From Eledone cirrhosa (lineage: Eukaryota): a stretch of DNA of 64,000 nucleotides. The translations under genes and the position numbers were made by a program. Of the stretch, positions 15,001 through 28,400 are shown piece after piece. Position 1 is the stretch's first letter, and each line of letters starts with the position of its first letter. Below the pieces are notes generated by a model, which saw nothing but the letters and a program-made list of their open reading frames with translations, had not been told where the DNA came from and searched no databases. The stretch spans positions 211,482,001 through 211,546,000 of the forward strand of contig OZ024743.1 of NCBI GenBank assembly GCA_964016885.1, read 5' to 3'.

Positions 15001-18000
15001 TAATTCACTGAATTGAGAGATCACAGCTCTGATATTACAGACATGTGGTTAGAATGTCTGAGGAAAGAATCACTAGCGAGCTGTTCCAGATAGAGCCGCT
15101 AATTCATTGAATTGAGAGATCACAGCTCTGATACTACAGACATGTGGTTAGAACGTCTGAGGAAAGAATCACTAGAGAGCTGTTCCAGGTAGAGCCACTA
15201 ATTCACTGAATTGAGAGATCACAGCTCTGATATTACAGACATGTGGTTAGAATGTCTGAGTAAAGAATCAATGGAGTGCTGTTCCAGGTAGAGCCACTAA
15301 TTCACTGAATTGAGAGATCACAGCTCTGATATTACAGACATGTGGTTAGAATGTCTGAGCAAAGAATCACTAGAGAGCTGTTCCAGGTAGTGCCGCTAAT
15401 TCACTGAATTGAGAGATCATAGCTCTGATACTACAGACATGTGGTTAGAATGTCTGAGGAAAGAATAACTATAGAGCTGTTCCAGGTAGAGCCACTAATT
15501 CACTGAATTGAGAGATCACAGCTCTGATACTACAGACATGTGGTTAGAATTTCTGAGGAAAGAATAACTAGAGAGCTGTTCCATGTAGAGCCACTAATTC
15601 ACCAAATTGAGAGATCATAGCTCTGATACTACAGACATGTGCTTAGAATGTCTGAGGAAAGAATCACTAGAGAGCTGTTCCAGGTAGAGCTACTAATTCA
15701 CTGAATTGAGAGATCATAGCTCTGATATTACAGACATGTGGTTAGAATGTCTGAGGAAAGAATCACTAGAGAGCTGTTCCAGGTAGAGCCACTAATTCAC
15801 TGAATTGAGAGATCACAGCTCTGATACTACAGACATGTGGTTAGAATTTCTGAGGAAAGAATAACTAGAGAGCTGTTCCATGTAGAGCCACTAATTCGCC
15901 AAATTGAGAGATCATAGCTCTGATACTACAGATATGTGCTTAGAATGTCTGAGGAAAGAATCACTAGAGAGCTGTTCCAGGTAGAGCTACTAATTCACTG
16001 AATTGAGAGATCATAGCTCTGATATTACAGACATGTGGTTAGAATGTCTGAGGAAAGAATCACTGGAGAGCTGTTCCAGGTAGAGCCATTAATTCACTGA
16101 ATTGAGAGATCACAGCTCTGATATTACAGACATGAGGTTAGAATGTCTGAGGAAAGAATCACTGGAGAGCTGTTCCAGGTAGAGCCACTAATTCACTGAA
16201 TTGAGAGATCACAGCTCTGATATTACAGACATGTGGTTAGAATGTCTCAGGAAAGAATCACTGGAGAGCTGTTCCAGGTAGAGCCACTAATTCACTGAAT
16301 TGAGAGATCACAGCTCTGATATTACAGACATGTGGTTAGAATGTCTGAGGAAAGAATCACTAGAGAGCTGTTCCAGGTAGTGCCACTAATTCACTGAATT
16401 GAGAGATAATAGCTCTGATATTACAGACATGTGGTTAGAATGTCTGAGGAAAGAATCACTAGAGAGCTGTTCCAGGTAGAGCCACTAATTCACTGAATTG
16501 AGAGATCACAGCTCTGATATTACAGACATGTGGTTAGAATGTCTCAGGAAAGAATCACTAGAGAGCTGTTCCAGGTAGAGCCACTAATTCACCGAATTGA
16601 GAGATCACAGCTCTGATATTACAGACATGTGGTTAGTATGTCTGAGTAAAGAATCACTGGAGAGCTGTTCCAGGTAGAGCCACTAATTCACTGAATTGAG
16701 AGATCACAGCTCTGATATTACAGGCATGTGGTTAGAATGTCTGAGGAAAGAATCACTAGAGAGCTATTTCAGGTAGAGCCACTAATTCACTGAATTGAGA
16801 GATCACAGCTCTGATATTACAGACATGTGGTTAGAATGTCTGAGGAAAGAATCACTAGCGAGCTGTTCCAGATAGAGCCGCTAATTCATTGAATTGAGAG
16901 ATCACAGCTCTGATACTACAGACATGTGGTTAGAATGTCTGAGGAAAGAATCACTAGAGATCTGTTCCAGGTAGAGCCACTAATTCACTGAATTGAGAGA
17001 TCACAGCTCTGATATTACAGACATGTGGTTAGAATGTCTGAGGAAAGAATCACTAGAGAGCTGTTCCAGGTAGAGCCGCTAATTCACTGAATTGAGAGAT
17101 CATAGCTCTGATACTACAGACATGTGGTTAGAATGTCTAAGGAAAAAATCACTAGAGAGCTGTTCCAGGTAGAGCCACTAATTCACTGAATTGAGAGATC
17201 ACAGCTCTGATACTACAGACATGTGGTTAGAATGTCTGAGGAAAGAATAACTAGAGAGCTGTTCCATGTAGAGCCACTAATTCACCAAATTGAGAGATCA
17301 TAGCTCTGATACTACAGACATGTGCTTAGAATGTCTGAGGAAAGAATCACTAGAGAGCTGTTCCAGGTAGAGCTACTAATTCACTGAATTGAGAGATCAT
17401 AGCTCTGATATTACAGACATGTGGTTAGAATGTCTGAGGAAAGATTCACTAGAGAGCTGTTCCAGGTAGAGCCACTAGTTCACTGAATTGAGAGATCACA
17501 GCTCTGATACTACAGACATGTGGTTAGAATGTCTGAGGAAAGAATCACTAGAGAGCTGTTCCAGGTAGAGCCACTAATTCACTGAATTGAGAGATAATAG
17601 CTCTGATACTACAGACATGTGGTTAGAATGTCTGAGGAAAGAATCACTGGAGAGCTGTTCCAGGTAGAGCCACTAATTCACTGAATTGAGAGATCACAGC
17701 TCTGATATTACAGACATGTGGTTAGAATGTCTGAGGAAAGAATCACTGGAGAGCTGTTCCAGGTAGAGCCACTAATTCACTGAATTGAGAGATCACAGCT
17801 CTGATATTACAGACATGTGGTTAGAATGTCTGAGGAAAGAATCACTAGAGAGCTGTTCCAGGTAGTGCCACTAATTCACTGAATTGAGAGATAATAGCTC
17901 TGATATTACAGACATGTGGTTAGAATGTCTGAGGAAAGAATCACTAGAGAGCTGTTCCAGGTAGAGCCACTAATTCACTGAATTGAGAGATCACAGCTCT
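1..18000. repeat. HOR domain A of the 99-mer: unit of about 71-73 monomers (7.0-7.2 kb), about 2.4 copies; right boundary approximate
   Basis: Rare variants recur in order. AATTCAGAGATCACAACT at 4121 and 11150 (7029 = 71x99). Monomer starting TTAGAATTCC at 4951 and 11980 (7029). GCCAAAT at 454, 8671 and 15898 (83 and 73 monomers). ATAACTATAG-CCAGG monomers start at 1, 8317 and 15445. Confidence 0.9.
1585..4059. repeat. Local tandem duplication with a 13-monomer (1287 bp) period inside the first HOR-A copy
   Basis: The CCC of GAATCCCTA lies at 2399 and 3686, and the GAGAGTTCAC and GGTAATGCC variants show the same 1287 bp offset. The next HOR copy carries these markers only once (about 10616). 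Confidence 0.9.
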
Positions 18001-19503
18001 GATATTACAGACATGTGGTTAGAATGTCTCAGGAAAGAATCACTAGAGAGCTGTTCCAGGTAGAGCCACTAATTCACTGAATTGAGAGATCACAGCTCTG
18101 ATATTACAGACATGTGGTTAGAATGTCTGAGGAAAGAATCACTAGCGAGCTGTTCCAGATAGAGCCGCTAATTCACTGAATTGAGAGATCACAGCTCTGA
18201 TACTACAGACATGTGGTTAGAATGTCTGAGGAAAGAATCACTAGCGAGCTGTTCCAGATAGAGCCGCTAATTCATTGAATTGAGAGATCACAGCTCTGAT
18301 ACTACAGACAAGTGGTTAGAATGTCTGAGGAAAGAATCACTAGAGAGCTGTTCCAGGTAGAGCCACTAATTCACTGAATTGAGAGATCACAGCTCTGATA
18401 TTACAGACATGTGGTTAGAATGTCTGAGGAAAGATTCACTAGAGAGCTGTTCCAGGTAGAGCCACTAGTTCACTGAATTGAGAGATCACAGCTCTGATAC
18501 TACAGACATGTGGTTAGAATGTCTGAGGAAAGAATCACTAGAGAGCTGTTCCAGGTAGAGCCACTAATTCACTGAATTGAGAGATCATCGCTCTGATACT
18601 ACAGACATGTGGTTAGAATGTCTGAGGAAAGAATCACTGGAGAGCTGTTCCAGGTAGAGCCACTAATTCACTGAATTGAGAGATCACAGCTCTGATATTA
18701 CAGACATGTGGTTAGAATGTCTGAGGAAAGAATCACTGGAGAGCTGTTCCAGGTAGAGCCACTAATTCACTGAATTGAGAGATCACAGCTCTGATATTAC
18801 AGACATGTGGTTAGAATGTCTCAGGAAAGAATCACTGGAGAGCTGTTCCAGGTAGAGCCACTAATTCACTGAATTGAGAGATCACAGCTCTGATATTACA
18901 GACATGTGGTTAGAATGTCTGAGGAAAGAATCACTAGAGAGCTGTTCCAGGTAGTGCCACTAATTCACTGAATTGAGAGATAATAGCTCTGATATTACAG
19001 ACATGTGGTTAGAATGTCTGAGGAAAGAATCACTAGAGAGCTGTTCCAGGTAGAGCCACTAATTCACTGAATTGAGAGATCACAGCTCTGATATTACAGA
19101 CATGTGGTTAGAATGTCTCAGGAAAGAATCACTAGAGAGCTGTTCCAGGTAGAGCCACTAATTCACCGAATTGAGAGATCACAGCTCTGATATTACAGAC
19201 ATGTGGTTAGTATGTCTGAGTAAAGAATCACTGGAGAGCTGTTCCAGGTAGAGCCACTAATTCACTGAATTGAGAGATCACAGCTCTGATATTACAGGCA
19301 TGTGGTTAGAATGTCTGAGGAAAGAATCACTAGAGAGCTGTTTCAGGTAGAGCCACTAATTCACTGAATTGAGAGATCACAGCTCTGATATTACAGACAT
19401 GTGGTTAGAATGTCTGAGGAAAGAATCACTAGCGAGCTGTTCCAGATAGAGCCGCTAATTCATTGAATTGAGAGATCACAGCTCTGATACTACAGACATG
19501 TGG

Positions 19504-22473
19504 TTAGAATGTCTGAGGAAAGAATCACTAGAGATCTGTTCCAGGTAGAGCCACTAATTCACTGAATTGAGAGATCACAGCTCTGATATTACAGACATGT
19601 GGTTAGAATGTCTGAGGAAATAATCACTAGAGAGCTGTTCCAGGTAGAGCCGCTAATTCACTGAATTGAGAGATCATAGCTCTGATACTACAGACATGTG
19701 GTTAGAATGTCTGAGGAAAAAATCACTAGAGAGCTGTTCCAGGTAGAGCCACTTATTCACTGAATTGAGAGATCACAGCTCTGATACTACAGACATGTGG
19801 TTAGAATTTCTGAGGAAAGAATAACTAGAGAGCTGTTCCATGTAGAGCCACTAATTCACCAAATTGAGAGATCATAGCTCTGATACTACAGACATGTGCT
19901 TAGAATGTCTGAGGAAAGAATCACTAGAGAGCTGTTCCAGGTAGAGCTACTAATTCACTGAATTGAGAGATCATAGCTCTGATATTACAGACATGTGGTT
20001 AGAATGTCTGAGGAAAGATTCACTAGAGAGCTGTTCCAGGTAGAGCCACTAGTTCACTGAATTGAGAGATCACAGCTCTGATACTACAGACATGTGGTTA
20101 GAATGTCTGAGGAAAGAATCACTAGAGAGCTGTTCCAGGTAGAGCCACTAATTCACTGAATTGAGAGATCATAACTCTGATACTACAGACATGTGGTTAG
20201 AATGTCTGAGGAAAGAATCACTGGAGAGCTGTTCCAGGTAGAGCCACTAATTCACTGAATTGAGAGATCACAGCTCTGATATTACAGACATGTGGTTAGA
20301 ATGTCTGAAGAAAGAATCACTGGAGAGCTGTTCCAGGTAGAGCCACTAATTCACTGAATTGAGAGATCACAGCTCTGATATTACAGACATGTGGTTAGAA
20401 TGTCTGAGGAAAGAATCACTAGAGAGCTGTTCCAGGTAGTGCCACTAATTCACTGAATTGAGAGATAATAGCTCTGATATTACAGACATGTGGTTAGAAT
20501 GTCTGAGGAAAGAATCACTAGAGAGCTGTTCCAGGTAGAGCCACTAATTCACTGAATTGAGAGATCACAGCTCTGATATTACAGACATGTGGTTAGAATG
20601 TCTCAGGAAAGAATCACTAGAGAGCTGTTCCAGCTAGAGCCACTAATTCACTGAATTGAGAGATCACAGCTCTGATATTACAGACATGTGGTTAGAATGT
20701 CTGAGGAAAGAATCACTAGCGAGCTGTTCCAGATAGAGCCGCTAATTCACTGAATTGAGAGATCACAGCTCTGATACTATAGACATGTGGTTAGAATGTC
20801 TGAGGAAAGAATCACTAGCGAGCTGTTCCAGATAGAGCCGCTAATTCATTGAATTGAGAGATCACAGCTCTGATACTACAGACATGTGGTTAGCATGTCT
20901 CAGGAAACAATCACTAGGGAGCTGTTCCAGGTAGAGCCACTAATTCACTGAATTGAGAGATCACAGCTCTGATACTACAGACATGTGGTTAGAATGTCTG
21001 AGGAAAGAATCACTAGAGATCTGTTCCAGGTAGAGCCACTAATTCACTGAATTGAGAGATCACAGCTCTGATATTACAGACATGTGGTTAGAATGTCTGA
21101 GGAAATAATCACTAGAGAGCTGTTCCAGGTAGAGCCGCTAATTCACTGAATTGAGAGATCATAGCTCTGATACTACAGACATGTGGTTAGAATGTCTGAG
21201 GAAAAAATCACTAGAGAGCTGTTCCAGGTAGAGCCACTTATTCACTGAATTGAGAGATCACAGCTCTGATACTACAGACATGTGGTTAGAATTTCTGAGG
21301 AAAGAATAACTAGAGAGCTGTTCCATGTAGAGCCACTAATTCACCAAATTGAGAGATCATAGCTCTGATACTACAGACATGTGCTTAGAATGTCTGAGGA
21401 AAGAATCACTAGAGAGCTGTTCCAGGTAGAGCTACTAATTCACTGAATTGAGAGATCATAGCTCTGATATTACAGACATGTGGTTAGAATGTCTGAGGAA
21501 AGATTCACTAGAGAGCTGTTCCAGGTAGAGCCACTAGTTCACTGAATTGAGAGATCACAGCTCTGATACTACAGACATGTGGTTAGAATGTCTGAGGAAA
21601 GAATCACTAGAGAGCTGTTCCAGGTAGAGCCACTAATTCACTGAATTGAGAGATCATAACTCTGATACTACAGACATGTGGTTAGAATGTCTGAGGAAAG
21701 AATCACTGGAGAGCTGTTCCAGGTAGAGCCACTAATTCACTGAATTGAGAGATCACAGCTCTGATATTACAGACATGTGGTTAGAATGTCTGAAGAAAGA
21801 ATCACTGGAGAGCTGTTCCAGGTAGAGCCACTAATTCACTGAATTGAGAGATCACAGCTCTGATATTACAGACATGTGGTTAGAATGTCTGAGGAAAGAA
21901 TCACTAGAGAGCTGTTCCAGGTAGTGCCACTAATTCACTGAATTGAGAGATAATAGCTCTGATATTACAGACATGTGGTTAGAATGTCTGAGGAAAGAAT
22001 CACTAGAGAGCTGTTCCAGGTAGAGCCACTAATTCACTGAATTGAGAGATCACAGCTCTGATATTACAGACATGTGGTTAGAATGTCTCAGGAAAGAATC
22101 ACTAGAGAGCTGTTCCAGCTAGAGCCACTAATTCACTGAATTGAGAGATCACAGCTCTGATATTACAGACATGTGGTTAGAATGTCTGAGGAAAGAATCA
22201 CTAGCGAGCTGTTCCAGATAGAGCCGCTAATTCACTGAATTGAGAGATCACAGCTCTGATACTATAGACATGTGGTTAGAATGTCTGAGGAAAGAATCAC
22301 TAGCTAGCTGTTCCAGATAGAGCCGCTAATTCATTGAATTGAGAGATCACAGCTCTGATACTACAGACATGTGGTTAGCATGTCTCAGGAAACAATCACT
22401 AGGGAGCTGTTCCAGGTAGAGCCACTAATTCACTGAATTGAGAGATCACAGCTCTGATACTACAGACATGTGG
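19504..22473. repeat. Near-identical tandem duplication of 15 monomers (1485 bp)
   Basis: TAGCATGTCTCAGGAAACAATCACTAGGGA at 20891 and 22376 (1485 = 15x99). The CCACTTATT, CATAACT and CCAGCTAG variants are duplicated at the same offset. Confidence 0.9.
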
Positions 22474-25400
22474 TTAGAATGTCTGAGGAAAGAATCACTG
22501 GAGAGCTGTTCCAGGTAGAGCCACTAATTCACTGAATTGAGAGATCACAGCTCTGATATTACAGACATGTGGTTAGAATGTCTGAGTAAAGAATCACTGG
22601 AGAGCTGTTCCAGGTAGAGCCACTAATTCACTGAATTGAGAGATCACAGCTCTGATATTACAGACATGTGGTTAGAATGTCTCAGGAAAGAATCACTAGA
22701 GAGCTGTTTCAGGTAGAGCCACTAATTCACTGAATTGAGAGATCACAGCTCTGATATTACAGACATGTCGTTAGAATGTCTGAGGAAAGAATCAATAGCG
22801 AGCCTTTCCAGATAGAGCCGCTAATTCACTGAATTGAGAGATCACAGCTCTGATACTACAGACATGTGGTTAGAATGTCTGAGGAAAGATTCACTAGAGA
22901 GCTGTTCCAGGTAGAGCCACTAATTCACTGAATTGAGAGACCACAGCTCTGATATTACAGACATGTGGTTAGAATGTCTGAGGAAAGAATCACTGGAGAG
23001 CTGTTCCAGGTAGAGCCACTAATTCACTGAATTGAGAGATCACAGCTCTGATATTACAGACATGTGGTTAGAATGTCTGATGAAAGAATCACTAGAGAGC
23101 TGTTCCAGGTAGAGCCACTAATTCACTGAATTGAGAGATAATAGCTCTGCTATTACAGACATGTGGTTAGAATGTCTGAGAAAAGAATCACTAGAGAGCT
23201 GTTTCAGGTAGAGCCACTAATTCACTGAATTGAGAGATCATAGGTCTGATACTACAGACATGTGGTTAGAATGTCTGAGGAAAGAATCACCAGACAGCTG
23301 TTCCAGGTAGAACCACTAATTCACTGAATTGAGAGATCACAGCTCTGATACTACAGACATGTGGTTAGAATGTCTGAGGAAAGAATCACTAGAGAGCTGT
23401 TCCAGGTAGAGCCACTAATTCACTGAATTGAGAGATCATAGCTCTGATACTACAGACATGTGGTTAGAATGTCTAAGGAAAGAATCACTAGAGAGCTGTT
23501 CCAGGTAGAGCCAAGAATTCACTGAATTGAGAGATCACAGCTCTGATACTACAGACATGTGGTTAGAATGTCTGAGGATATAATCACTGGAGAGCTGTTC
23601 CAGGTAGAGCCACTAATTCACTGAATTGAGAGATCACAGCTCTGATATTACGGACATGTGGTTAGAATGTCTGAGGAAAGAATCACTGGAGAGCTGTTCC
23701 AGGTAGAGCCACTAATTCACTGAATTGAGAGATCAGAGCTCTGATATTACAGACATGCGGTTAGAATGTCTGAGGAAAGACTCACTGGAGAGCTGTTCCA
23801 CGTAGAGCCACTAATTCACTGAATTGAGGGATCACAGCTCTCATATTACAGACATGTGGTTAGAAAGTCTGAGGAAAGAATCACTAGAGAGCTGTTCCAG
23901 GAAGTGCCACTAATTCACTGAATTGAGAGATAATACCTATGATATTACAGACATGTGGTTAGAATGTCTGAGGAAAGAATCACTAGAGAGTTGTTCCAGG
24001 TAGCGCCACTAATTCACTGAATTGAGAGATCACAGCTCTGATATTACAGACATGTGGTTAGAATGTCTCAGGAAAGAATCACTAGAGAGCTGTTCCAGGT
24101 AGAGCCACTAATTCACTGAATTGAGAGATCACAGCTCTGATATTACGGACATGTGGTTAGAATGTCTGAGTAAAGAATCACTGGAGTGCTGTTCCAGGTA
24201 GAGCCACTAATTCACTGAATTGAGAGATCACAGCTCTGATATTACAGACATGTGGTTAGAATGTCTCAGGAAAGAATCACTAGAGAGCTGTTTCAGGTAG
24301 AGCAACTAATTCACTGAATTGAGAGATCACAGCTCTGATATTACAGACATGTGGTTAGAATGTCTGAGGAAAGAATCACTAGAGAGCTGTTCCAGGTAGA
24401 GCCACTAGTTCACTGAATTGAGAGATCACAGCTCTGATACTACAGACATGTGGTTAGAATGTCTGAGGAAAGAATCACTAGAGGGCTGTTCCAGGTAGAG
24501 CCACTAATTCACTGAATTGAGAGATAATAGCTCTGATATTACAGACATGTGGTTAGAATGTCTGAGGAAAGAATCACTAGAGAGCTGTTCCAGGTAGAGC
24601 CACTAATTCACTGAATTGAGAGATCACAGCTCTGATATTACAGACATGTGGTTAGAATGTCTCAGGAAAGAATCACTAGAGAGCTGTTCCAGGTAGAGCC
24701 ACTAATTCACTGAATTGAGAGATCACAGCTCTGATACTACAGACATGTGGTTAGAATGTCTGAGGAAAGAATCACTGGAGAGCTGTTCCAGGTAGAGCCA
24801 CTAATTCACTGAATTGAGATATCACAGCTCTGATATTACAGACATGTGGTTAGAATGTCTCAGGAAAGAATCACTAGAGAGTTGTTCCAGGTAGAGCCAC
24901 TAATTCACTGAATTGAGAGATCACAGCTCTGATATTACAGACATGTGGTTAGAATGTCTGAGTAAAGAATCACTGGAGAGCTGTTCCAGGTAGAGCCACT
25001 AATTCACTGAATTGAGAGATCACAGCTCTGATATTACAGACATGTGGTTAGAATGTCTCAGGAAAGAATCACTAGAGAGCTGTTTCAGGTAGAGCCACTA
25101 ATTCACTGAATTGAGAGATCACAGCTCTGATATTACAGACATGTCGTTAGAATGTCTGAGGAAAGAATCACTAGAGAGCTGTTCCAGGTAGAGCCACTAA
25201 TTCACTGAATTGAGAGATAATAGCTCTGATATTACAGACATGTGGTTAGAATGTCTGAGAAAAGAATCACACAGAGCTGTTTCAGGTAGAGCCACTAATT
25301 AACTGAATTGAGAGATCATAGCTCTGATACTACAGACATGTGGTTATAATGTCTGAGGTATGAATCACTAGAGAGCTGTTCCAGGTAGAGCCACTAATTC

Positions 25401-28400
25401 ACTGAATTGAGAGATCACAGCTCTGATACTACAGACATGTGGTTAGAATGTCTGAGGAAAGAATCACTAGATAGCTGTTCCAGGTAGAGCCACTAATTCA
25501 CTGAATTGAGAGATCATAGCCCTGATACTAGAGACATGTGGTTAGAATGTCTGATGAAAGAATCACTAGAGAGCTGTTCCAGGTAGAGCCACTAATTAAC
25601 TGAATTGAGAGATCATAGCTCTGATGTTACAGACATGTGGTTAGAATGTCTGAGGAAAGAATCACTAGAGAGCTGTTCCAGGTAGAGCCACTAGTTCACT
25701 GAATTGAGAGATCACAGCTCTGATACTACAGACATGTGGTTAGAATGTCTGAGGAAAGAATCACTGGAGAGCTGTTCCAGGTAGAGCCACTAATTCACTG
25801 AATTGAGAGATCACAGCTCTGATATTACAGACATGTGGTTAGAATGTCTGAAGAAAGAATCACTGGAGAGCTGTTCCAGGTAGAGCCACTAATTCACTGA
25901 ATTGAGAGATCACAGCTCTGATATTACAGACATGTGGTTAGAATGTCTGAGGAAAGAATCACTAGAGAGCTGTTCCAGGTAGTGCCACTAATTCACTGAA
26001 TTGAGAGATAATAGCTCTGATATTACAGACATGTGGTTAGAATGTCTGAGGAAAGAATCACTAGCGAGCTGTTCCAGATAGAGCCGCTAATTCACTGAAT
26101 TGAGAGATCACAGCTCTGATACTATAGACATGTGGTTAGAATGTCTGAGGAAAGAATCACTAGCGAGCTGTTCCAGATAGAGCCGCTAATTCATTGAATT
26201 GAGAGATCACAGCTCTGATACTACAGACATGTGGTTAGCATGTCTCAGGAAACAATCACTAGGGAGCTGTTCCAGGTAGAGCCACTAATTCACTGAATTG
26301 AGAGATCACAGCTCTGATACTACAGACATGTGGTTAGAATGTCTGAGGAAAGAATCACTGGAGAGCTGTACCAGGTAGAGCCACTAATTCACTGAATTGA
26401 GAGATCACAGCTCTGATATTACAGACATGTGGTTAGAATGTCTGAGTAAAGAATCACTGGAGAGCTGTTCCAGGTAGAGCCACTAATTCACTGAATTGAG
26501 AGATCACAGCTCTGATATTACAGACATGTGGTTAGAATGTCTCAGGAAAGAATCACTAGAGAGCTGTTTCAGGTAGAGCCACTAATTCACTGAATTGAGA
26601 GATCACAGCTCTGATACTACAGACATGTGGTTAGAATGTCTGAGGAAAGAATCACCAGAGAGCTGTTCCAGGTAGAACCACTAATTCACTGAATTGAGAG
26701 ATCACAGCTCTGATACTACAGACATGTGCTTAGAATGTCTGAGGAAAGAATCACTAGAGAGCTGTTCCAGGTAGAGCCACTAATTCACTGAATTGAGAGA
26801 TCATAGCTCTGATACTACAGACATGTGGTTAGAATGTCTAAGGAAAGAATCACTAGAGAGCTGTTCCAGGTAGAGCCAAGAATTCACTGAATTGAGAGAT
26901 CACAGCTCTGATACTACAGACATGTGGTTAGAATGTCTGAGGAAATAATCACTGGAGAGCTGTTCCAGGTAGAGCCACTAATTCACTGAATTGAGAGATC
27001 ACAGCTCTGATATTACGGACATGTGGTTAGAATGTCTGAGGAAAGAATCACTGGAGAGCTGTTCCAGGTAGAGCCACTAATTCACTGAATTGAGAGATCA
27101 GAGCTCTGATATTACAGACATGCGGTTAGAATGTCTGAGGAAAGACTCACTGGAGAGCTGTTCCACGTAGAGCCACTAATTCACTGAATTGAGGGATCAC
27201 AGCTCTCATATTACAGACATGTGGTTAGAAAGTCTGAGGAAAGAATCACTAGAGAGCTGTTCCAGGAAGTGCCACTAATTCACTGAATTGAGAGATAATA
27301 CCTATGATATTACAGACATGTGGTTAGAATGTCTGAGGAAAGAATCACTAGAGAGTTGTTCCAGGTAGCGCCACTAATTCACTGAATTGAGAGATCACAG
27401 CTCTGATATTACAGACATGTGGTTAGAATGTCTCAGGAAAGAATCACTAGAGAGCTGTTCCAGGTAGAGCCACTAATTCACTGAATTGAGAGATCACAGC
27501 TCTGATATTACGGACATGTGGTTAGAATGTCTGAGTAAAGAATCACTGGAGAGCTGTTCCAGGTAGAGCCACTAATTCACTGAATTGAGAGATCACAGCT
27601 CTGATATTACAGACATGTGGTTAGAATGTCTCAGGAAAGAATCACTAGAGAGCTGTTTCAGGTAGAGCAACTAATTCACTGAATTGAGAGATCACTGCTC
27701 TGATATTACAGACATGGAGTTAGAATGTCTGAGGAAAGAATCACTAGCGAGCTCTTCCAGATAGAGCCGCTAATTCACTGAATTGAGCGATCATTGCTCT
27801 GATACTACAGACATGTGGTTAGAATGTCTGAGGAAAGAATCACTAGAGAGCTGTTCCAGGTAGAGCCACTAGTTCACTGAATTGAGAGATCACAGCTCTG
27901 ATATTACAGACATGCGGTTAGAATGTCTGAGGAAAGAATCACTAGAGGGCTGTTCCAGGTAGAGCCACTAATTCACTGAATTGAGAGATCATAGCTCTGA
28001 TACTACAGACATGGGGTTAGAATGTCTAAGGAAAGAATCACTAGAGAGCTGTTCCAGGTAGAGCCACTAATTCACTGAATTGAGAGATCACAGCTCTGAT
28101 ACTACAGACATGTGGTTAGAATGTCTGAGGAAAGAATCACTGGAGAGCTGTTCCAGGTAGAGCCACTAATTCACTGAATTGAGACATCACAGCTCTGATA
28201 TTACAGACATGTGGTTAGAATGTCTGAGGAAAGATTCACTAGAGAGCTGTTCCAGGTAGAGCCACTAATTCACTGAATTGAGAGATCACAGCTCTGATAT
28301 TACGGAAATGTGGTTAGAATGTCTCAGGAAAGAATCACTAGAGAGTTGTTCCAGGTAGCGCCACTAATTCACTGAATTGAGAGATCACAGCTCTGATATT